DNA of 32,734 nucleotides, taken from contig NEEC01000086.1 of assembly GCA_002189035.1 (NCBI GenBank), positions 1 to 32,734 of the forward strand, given 5' to 3'. Positions 24,862 to 32,734 of the stretch are shown in pieces; position 1 is the first letter of the stretch; the number at the start of each line of letters is the position of its first letter. A program made the position numbers and the translations under genes. The notes below the pieces were generated by a model. The model ran no database searches, was not told the DNA's origin, and saw only the letters and a program-made list of their open reading frames with translations. The DNA comes from Utricularia gibba (Eukaryota > Plantae > Magnoliophyta).

Positions 24862-25312
24862 GGGAAAAAATTCGTTTAAATACGAACGTTTCAAATGTTG
24901 ATTATAATTAGATACACAGATTTATTAAAATAATTTTGTAATACAAATGTTTTAGTTTTTATTTAAATTCAATACAAACATTTCAAAATACATCATTTTA
25001 GTTCAAACGTTAAATATTATATCATTTTTTAAATATCAACGTTTATTAAAATATTGTTTAGATACATACGTTGTTTGAAAAAATTAAAAAACAATACAAA
25101 CATTTTTTAACTCCAACTTTTTATATATACGTTTATTGTAAATTATGATTTTCAATAAAATATATTAAAAATGATTAATATATTTAAATATATATTAAAA
25201 ATTATTAAAAAAATGTAAATATATATGTATTTGTGTTTTTCATGTTTTCTAATTCATTAATTTTCGATTCTAGTAAATTTATAATTAAACCTTTATACAA
25301 AAAACTTTTTTC
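24862..25312. mobile_element. Degenerate AT-rich TIR element (Mutator/foldback-like) with an approximately 30-31 bp periodic array
   Basis: Starts GGGAAAAAATTCG. An AATACAAACGTTT-like motif recurs at about 24878, 24911, 24940, 24971, 25001, 25032, 25061, 25093 and 25124. Weak inverted match at about 25283-25312. No TSD found. Confidence 0.45.
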
Positions 25313-25318
25313 ATTAAT

Positions 25319-25506
25319 AGCTCGGACGAGAACTATTATGGAGTTGCACAATCTGGAGGTGCTGCAATTCATTTTCTACATATTTGAAAATGAGGAATGG
25401 TGCAATCTGTCCCAAGGACAATTTACCAGATTGGAACACTTAGGAGGACAATTTACCAGACTGGAACACTTAGGGAGGACAATTTACCAGACTGGAACAC
25501 TTAGGG
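25319..25506 (+). pseudogene. Orphan LRR module remnant (ARTRTIMELHNLEVLQF..FENEEWCNLSQGQFT) ending in a tandem repeat
   Basis: 25319-25354 is identical to NLR2 22931-22966 and 23411-23446; 25382-25424 is identical to 22994-23036. Confidence 0.9.
25416..25506 (+). repeat. Three tandem copies of a 30-31 bp unit (GGACAATTTACCAGAYTGGAACACTTAGG(G)A)
   Basis: Copies start at 25416, 25446 and 25477; the unit encodes GQFTRLEHLG. Confidence 0.95.
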
Positions 25507-25604
25507 TCACCTTCTGTAGTAAAGAAATGAGAGTGTAACATACCGTGAGAGAACGTCATGATAACCAGGGCCTCTGCATGCACCGCCATTGACTGGGGTA
25601 GACA

Positions 25605-28600
25605 TCATGCTTGTGCGCACAGTTCCTCGAATCTTGCCAAACTGAAAATGTGTAGAATTTAAGTGTAGGCATGGAAGGTGCAAGAAATGGAGGGTGATAT
25701 GAGTTAATGGACAGTAACTGCCGTCAGAATAATATGTTCAAAACAGAGGAGCATACTATACCAAGCGTTCTCACCGTTGAAGAAGCACCTTGGATTATAA
25801 GGAAACAACTTCTTTCTGTTAAGACTGTCAATGGATCTTCTCAAGGATGCAAAACAATGCCTAACAGCAGAATGTGGAGGCCTAGAGTTCCGTTGGCGCT
25901 TTCGTTTGTGCTCAAAATCTTCGTCGTGATTCTCATGTGCTGAAGTGATGCAATCGCTCAGTTTTTCATGAGATTCTTCTGTCATCAAGTCATGGCTTTC
26001 CACAGAAACCTTTTGCGGCTTCCAACTTGATCTAGAACGGCTTTCCACTCCAGGGAACTCAGTGAACGATTTCCAAGAATCGAAAACATATCGCAGAGAC
26101 CTTGAGAGCAATACACGTGACGCAAATAAGCCTCAGTTTATAACATGGAATTCAACGAGGTTGACATAAAATAGAACCTTAAAATGTATTCAGCACATTT
26201 GGGGCCAGTGTCTTTTGAGATGAGATAATCGAGGAGAACTTGATGATCATAGAATATCTACAAACACATAATTAAAGACGAAATCATTACCAGGATAAGC
26301 ATTGCTACAACACTGATCATGCATCTACCTTTTACGAAGACATATTACCTCAGAGAGAAATAAATGAAAAAGATTTATGGGGTTGAACAATTTGGAAGCA
26401 AGGATCTCGATATTCTTTCCGTGCAGGAGAGGTTCATCATAGTGTAATTTGTATCAGTTGTAAAATTCTATTCTAATGATTTGAAACTTGAAGTAGATCC
26501 CCCAATACAACTTACTGACGGAGGGGATGCAATGGAAAACGAAGCAGAAGTAAGAGAACTTCAAACAGGATATCGTCCTGCAATCAAGGGAAGCGAAAAT
26601 AGATTGAATATTAAATGAAATATGGGGAAAAAAAAGGTACGACAAAGACCCGAAAGCAGTCAAGCGAAAAGAACTTCAAGATAACTCGCAAGGCCTCAAA
26701 AGCAGTTGACTGCAAACAAACCTCGTGCATATATAACCGGAGAAAGCACAAGGAAAACTGAAGGCACCATTCATGACACGTTTCCGTCCTTACAAAGATA
26801 TCAGCAGGAGCATGTGCTACAAAACCATTGATGGAGCTTCATGGAACCTAGACTCCTAACCTCACTGGATGCACAAGCTTTCATTGACAATCGAATTTTG
26901 ATTCATACTTCCTTTCACAGGCAGGAGCTCATCGGGCATACTCATCAAACTGAGTGAACACTTCAAGAAGAGGAAAGCAGCAAGCCTCTGCAAATGGCGG
27001 GATTTTGTAATAGGTTTTTCTGAATTGAATACACTAGAGAAAAATGGAGAGCCCTCCAGAAAGCCATCATCATCATGATCATCAAGTTCAACCCCATAAA
27101 TAGGTTCCAAAATGAGATCTTCGAAATTCTTGTGGAGCAAATCTATCCAAGTCACTAAAATTGTTTTCTCAAGTTGAGAAGAACTAAGCTTGACCATTAG
27201 AAACTGCCAATTATGGATATAATGATCAGACATAGAATAAGTAATGCACCCGTCATCAGAAAAAAATACAGACATAATCTTGTTGTCAAAGTACCAAATA
27301 GGAAAATGATCTACTTAAGTATGAATACCAGCAGTTTATGCCTGATGTAATGGGAAGCACGGAAACTGATACCACTTTGAGGCTCTAGTAGACACCAAGA
27401 TGCTAGATAGGGAATAAGGCCAATAATTTTGCAAGAAAATGGTGAACAACCATCCCTTCCCAGAAAACAGCTCTCTACCAAAGAACAGAGTAACTGAATA
27501 AATGCCCCAACAAAAATTGTTTCTTCTCCCAGACCTGCGAATCTGTCACATATACAGCTTCCACACCAGATTGTTTGCAAGAGTCAGTATGCCTATCTAC
27601 CGTACATAAAAAAATATCAGCAGGTAAATTTGACACTAGAGTTCTGGTATAATCCAGATAAGCTGCCATGGTTTCATCCGAGTCCTTCTTAAGATATTTC
27701 TGCACCTTATGCAAGACTTGAAATAGTGTCGCTGCTGTTGAAAAACTTGTATTATTCAACTTCAACTTCAACAAAGATTGTGCATCGAATAGATCAGAAT
27801 GAGAAGTGCTCACGTTTGAAGTATCTAATTCTGAAGACTGTGCACTGCATTTTCCAATTACTAATTTCACACAATAGCACATCAAAATCAGGAAATCATC
27901 CCAAGCATGATCCTGGAAAAAAAGCGGACACTTGATCCAAATCAACAATTCGGAAAATATGCAATTGAAGAGAGTGAATGCTCCAAATGGGAACATACTA
28001 TAATTAGCAGGAACTCACAAACAGCAAAGAGTGTACTGCCAACAAGATACTCTGCATATTGATTTTTAATTCCAAGTAAATGAACCTGCAAAGAGATCAG
28101 CGCAAAGATTATGAATGTGTGAATGCCGCTTCAAAAACACCCTAAATATTTTGGTTCCATATTTGTACAGTTACTTCACATATGAATTTTCAAAATATTT
28201 CCACATAAACAGAGAGTGAGAATCACTAGAAAAAAATAATTAGAACTCATCTAGTGCAAATGATTGTTCATACCAAACTACAGATTATCTTAGCCAGGCA
28301 ATTTGAAGTTGGAATCGCAGCAACAAGATACTCCGTATAATTTGAAGAATCTTTCAAAGCGCCAGCTAAAAATTCGAGCTCAAATCATGAGACACGGAAT
28401 TCTGAAAACATTAAAACCATAACGAAACACAAACCTCGCCCGAGATAAATTCATGTTTCCACTGATTAATTTGTTTAAGAATCTGAATCCACAAAAAATA
28501 AACAACCAATCAAGATCAAACACTTAATGAAATATCGAGAAAAACCAGAATCAAACCTGAGACAAAGAAACCAGGAGTTTCTCGGCATCTTCAGTCAAAA

Positions 28601-28759
28601 AAATCGAATCAAGACCTGCCACGTAATCGGAACCATGCTACAACATCTGACCAAAATGAGATAATAATTCAAAGCACTAAGGCAACGCTTACGTTGAATG
28701 GATGGAGCAACTCGTCGACGAGGCGAGCGAGACGGTGTACTTGAAGCCGCGCGGCTCAT
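25605..28759 (-). CDS. Uncharacterised conserved plant protein with a Lines/LINS1 C-terminal-like domain, multi-exon, several apparent 1-bp indels
   Basis: GT-AG exon chain: HRLARLVDELLHPFN | ..AEKLLVSLSQ | ... HYIRHKLL | ..RHLQRLAAFLFLKCSLSL..LYMHE | DDILFEVLLLLL | ..LFNPINLFHLFLSE | IFYDHQVLLDYLISKDTGPKCAEYILR | SLRYVFDSW..RKKLFPYNP(K)VLLQR | LARFEELCAQA* (stop 25607-25605). NPxxLFxxFL..YDxxVLLDxLIS resembles the LINES_C motif as recalled. Start codon, some internal exons and the domain call are less certain than the gene itself. Confidence 0.75.
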
Positions 28760-29608
28760 CTTCAAGTTTCTGCCTTGTTTTTTTTGTTTTCCAAGCGAAT
28801 TGCAATTTTAAATGTTTGTCTTTTATTTTTAATTTAGAAATTCATTTATGGTCGTATATATCCTAATTTGCTAATATGTTTCCCAGGGAATAAATTAATG
28901 AAATAAAACGTCACAAAAGATTATTTACAAAAAACGGTCGGCTTTGTTGCAGCAGAAATTTTCAATAAAAAAACGGAAAATAAAATTTTTGGACCGGTTC
29001 GGCAAGATTTGCTCAGAGTCAACCACCCGGTCGCGTCGATTGGATCGCTACTATCGCATCTGGACCGAACCAAACCCTCTGGCCGTACAATAAAAACTCG
29101 GCGTCATATAGCAGGACGCGCTACTGGTATATACGTTGCGCCTCACGCCCCTGCGCAATTTAGGGTTCCTCCTCGTTTTGCTCCCCGGAAGGAGGGACGA
29201 TTCTGGTGTATTTCTGAATGCCTTCTGCTGTCTGCAGTGTTCATGTAAATCCCTTTTTGTATCATCAATGAAGATTTTCTTTTTTCCTTTTATGTAAGCG
29301 AAAGTTTAAGCATGAAGTGTTGATCGATATAGTTCTCAAGTTTTAATCTTGTATTAGTTCTTGAATGCTGTGTGCTTTTGCGGCGTTGGGTGTTTTACGT
29401 TGATGGAAAACGGGAGTGCGGTGTTGGTATTGGTGCTTCATATGCTGTTTCATGCTCTTGTTGTGTTTTTTCTTTTTCCCTTGGTTTTGGCGCTTGAATC
29501 GATAGTGAATAACGTAAAGATAATCAATGTATTGCAGTTTTCTGAATGATATTAGGCTCGGAAATGGGTGCAAAATAGCAGAAGCTGGGATATTTTTTGA
29601 AGACAGGG

Positions 29609-31918
29609 ATGACAGAAGACAACGAGCATATGATTCTGATGTATCAGGAGACTTCTGATCAGAGATCCATTTCTTTGGATGATGCAAGTAGCACTGAAGA
29701 TTCACCAGATGGAACAAAGCTCTCCTTAGAAACAGTCAATGACCCTATTCCTTATATGGGTCAGCGGTTTGCAACTCATGACTCTGCTTATGAATTCTAC
29801 AGTGATTTTGCGAAACACAGTGGATTTTCGATCAGGCGGCATAGAACAGAGGGTAAAGATGGTGTTGGGAAAGGTCTCACCAGACGATACTTTGTGTGCC
29901 ATCGAGCGGGGAATACCCCTGTGAAGGCATTGAGCGAAAATAAATCACAAAGGAATAGAAAATCTTCAAGGTGTGGATGCCAAGCATTCATGCGGATAAC
30001 CAAGTCAACTGATTTGGGAATACCTGAATGGAGAGTCACAGGATTTTCGAATCATCATAATCATGATCTACTGGAACGAATCAAGTGCGCTTTCTTCCTG
30101 CATATCGAACTATTTCAGAATCTGATAAGAGCCGAATTCTCATGTTTGCTAAGACAGGTATTTCAGTTCAACAAATGATGAGACTTCTGGAACTTGAAAA
30201 GTGTGTGGAGCCTGGATACTTGCCGTTCACTGAGAAAGATGTAAGGAATTTGCTACAATCATTAAAAAAAGTAGATCTGAGCATGGGAGCATTGATTTAC
30301 TCAAGATGTGCCGAAACATTAAGGACAAAGATCCTGGTTTTAGATTTGAGTTCACGCTTGATTCTAATGGAAGATTGGAGAACATAGCTTGGTCATATTC
30401 CTCATCTGTTCAGTCCTACGATATTTTTGGTGATGCTGTAGTTTTTGATACAACACACCGGCTGACTGCTTTTGACATGCTTTGGGTATATGGGTAGGAG
30501 TGAACAATTATGGGATGCCATGCTTTTTGGTTGTGTGCTTCTTCGTGAAGAGAACCTGAGATCTTTTTCATGGGCTTTGAAGGTAAGATATGATTCTTAA
30601 CCTTCATTTGTAGCTAATGAAGCTTCTTTGTTACATTCTCTCATTCGATTCTTAGTGACACCACTTTTTGCGTTGATGGAAAGGAGGAGAGGGAGACCTA
30701 AACCCTTATTTTGTCATTTTTGCAAACTTTTTTTTTGACAGTTTGCACAACTTCTAAATTTGAACATTCTCTTGAATCTGAAGGCTTTTCAGGATTCATG
30801 AATGGAAAAGCTCCAGAGACTATACTGACTGACCAGAGTATGTGCCTCAAAGATGCCATTGCAATGGAGTTGCCTACCACCAAGCATGCTCTTTGTATAT
30901 GGCTTATTGTTGCTAAATTCCCCATGGTTTAATGCTGTTTTGGGAGAGCGCTACAATGAGTGGAAAACTGAATTCTATCGCCTTTATCATCTGGAATCGG
31001 TTCAGGATTTTGAGATGGGATGGCAAGATATGGTGAACACTTTTGGCTTGGACACAAACAGGCATATTGCTGGCTTGTATGCCTTTAGAACTCTTTGGGC
31101 GCTGCCATATTTGAGAACCCACTTTTTTGCAGGAATGACTGCACCAGGCCATTCTAAATCAATTAATGCTTTTATTCAACGTTTTTTAAGCGCTCAAACC
31201 CGGCTTGCACATTTTGTTGAGCAAGTAAATTTCTTTTTTGTCGTCATGCATTATATTGTGGATTATTTTTGTTTAAATCCGGTAACTTAGATGTTGCATT
31301 AACCTCCTGTTACTTAACAGGTTGCTGTAGCTGTGGATTTCAAGGACCAACCTGGAGAGCAGCAGACAATGCAGCAGAATATCCAAAATATCAGCTTAAG
31401 ACAGGTGCACCCATGGAATCGCATGCTGCATCGGTTCTCACACCTTTCGCCTTCTCGAAGTTTCAAGAACAACTCGTTATGGCTGCCCACTATGCAACAT
31501 ACCAGACAGAAGATGGTTTCGTTGTGAGGCACCACACGAAGGTGGAAGGAGGCAGGAAAGTCTACTGGTCCCCAAGGGAAGGGATCATAAGTTGCAGCTG
31601 TCACCACTTTGAGTTCAGCGGGATCCTGTGCAGGCATGCTCTTCGAGTTCTTTCAACAGGGAATTGTTTTCAGTTACCAGAGCAGTATCTGCCCATGAGA
31701 TGGCGCAGGGTAAGCAGTTTTCCTTCGGAGGGAATAGACATGCTACTGGGAATGATCACAGAGAAAGAGTAGAGTTATTGCAGAGCATGCTGTCAAGTCT
31801 CGTAGCAGAATCAGCAAAATCCAAGCAACGCATGGATTTGGTCATTGATCAAATCGCTGCTCTTCTATCTCAGATTAGGGAGCAACCTCTTTTAACTCAA
31901 ACTCCACATCAACCTTAA
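29609..31918 (+). CDS. FRS11: FAR1-RELATED SEQUENCE 11 (domesticated MULE transposase-derived TF), 3 exons, about 6 apparent frameshifts
   Basis: Exons 29609-30582, 30784-31224, 31321-31918. FAR1 DNA-binding domain (PYMGQRF..GFSIRRHRTEGKDGVGKGLTRRYFVCHRAG..SSRCGC..HNH), MULE core (FGDAVVFDTTHRL..GKAPETILTDQ..HALCIW), SWIM zinc finger (SCSCHHFEFSGILCRH), C-terminal coiled coil. Indels at about 30077, 30277, 30480, 30920, 31398 and 31720. Confidence 0.93.
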
Positions 31919-32260
31919 GCAGAGAAGCTGCTTTTGTCTGTCTCTCTCCCTTGTGGTCGCACTTCATGGTTGGGCGAGTTTAGATTTTTGATTTTCACAT
32001 GAGTTGGGAGTTTCAATTGTAAAATGTCAATTTTCTCACAAAGTCTGAGACCAGAGTGGTTCAAGAGTTGCAGAACAAGCAAGGTTCTAAGAATCTTTCT
32101 GTTTATGAATCTGATGGAGCACACAATCTTTGATATGAACAGAATCTTTGATCTGGGGAAAACGCATAATGCAAACAAAAGCATCTGACAAGAGTACTTT
32201 ATTCTATTTGTTCTCATCACAAAATTCAAGTTTATAATGACTAGTATGAATAGTGATGCT

Positions 32261-32734
32261 TTATCGGAACATCCTTTTACATGTGGATTCGTACATTACC
32301 TGTAGACGACTCCTTGAATCAGGCTGTGGTTGGAGCTTCAAGAGACGAGCAACGCTGATGAAAGCAACATGTTGTTTGAGAACAGATTCTTCTTGTATCT
32401 CCCTCTCCTTCAGCTTCACCACCTTTGGCTCGTGGTGTTGTTTTGTTCCAGCGCCATTGCATCGCCCAGATTGCCAGAGGACGCATGTACCCAAGAGATC
32501 GGTATCGACCCTCCACGTCCCAACCCTCCGGTGTCTGGAACGCATAACTGTTTGGCCATTCAGTGCAGGAACATCTGTAAGTTAAGTGCTTATCGAAAGA
32601 AAAAGTGAATGCTGTGATGTGTCAACTGCACTCACCCGAGGCCTCTCTCAGACCATACAACTTCATGAATGCCACGGCGGTGTTGAATGCCGGTTCAGTC
32701 ATGTTTTCATGAATCATGCTGGCTGCAACAGCAT
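32261..32734 (-). CDS. GBA2: Non-lysosomal glucosylceramidase (GH116, GBA2-like), last two exons; gene continues beyond the window
   Basis: Exons >32734-32636 ([29 protein letters not shown]) and 32547-32261 ([31 protein letters not shown](AL)..[30 protein letters not shown]). FQTPE and [11 protein letters not shown] are GH116 C-terminal motifs. About three 1-bp deletions are required. Confidence 0.92.

Noticed and set aside
24460-25430. Hairpin RNA from the inverted and direct LRR remnants
   Set aside because: The overlap in homology is only about 45 nt at roughly two-thirds identity by eye, too weak for a stable foldback.
25416-25506. Three direct 30-bp repeats superficially like a CRISPR array
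   Set aside because: No unique spacers, eukaryotic context, and the unit derives from LRR coding sequence.
29609-31918. MULE transposase similarity suggesting an active transposon
   Set aside because: The sequence matches the domesticated host gene FRS11 along its length, has introns, and has no flanking TIRs or TSD.

Overview
Gene-dense plant nuclear DNA, probably an asterid. That is an inference from the R1A/Rpi-blb2-type NLRs; introns are mostly 70-110 bp and several intergenic gaps are under 500 bp. Gene order: bHLH041-like TF (-), alpha/beta-hydrolase (+), SES1-like saposin/canopy ER protein (+), type I arginine methyltransferase PRMT1 (-), TLDc/OXR protein (+), an internally deleted PIF/Harbinger element, an approximately 11.5 kb NLR cluster, a Lines/LINS1-like gene (-), FRS11 (+) and the 3' end of a GH116 glucosylceramidase (-). 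The cluster is the unusual part. Two head-to-tail CC-NB-ARC-LRR genes carry a contracted, capped LRR followed by one (NLR1) or two (NLR2, 480-bp period) extra LRR-plus-C-cap modules. Three orphan copies of that module surround them, two starting at the ends of DNA-transposon-like elements, and they share long identical tracts in a patchwork pattern. Most genes here have 1-bp indels at homopolymers, which most likely reflects long-read assembly error, so every frameshift or pseudogene call is provisional. No tRNA, rRNA or CRISPR features were seen. All homology calls are from recalled family motifs, not database searches.
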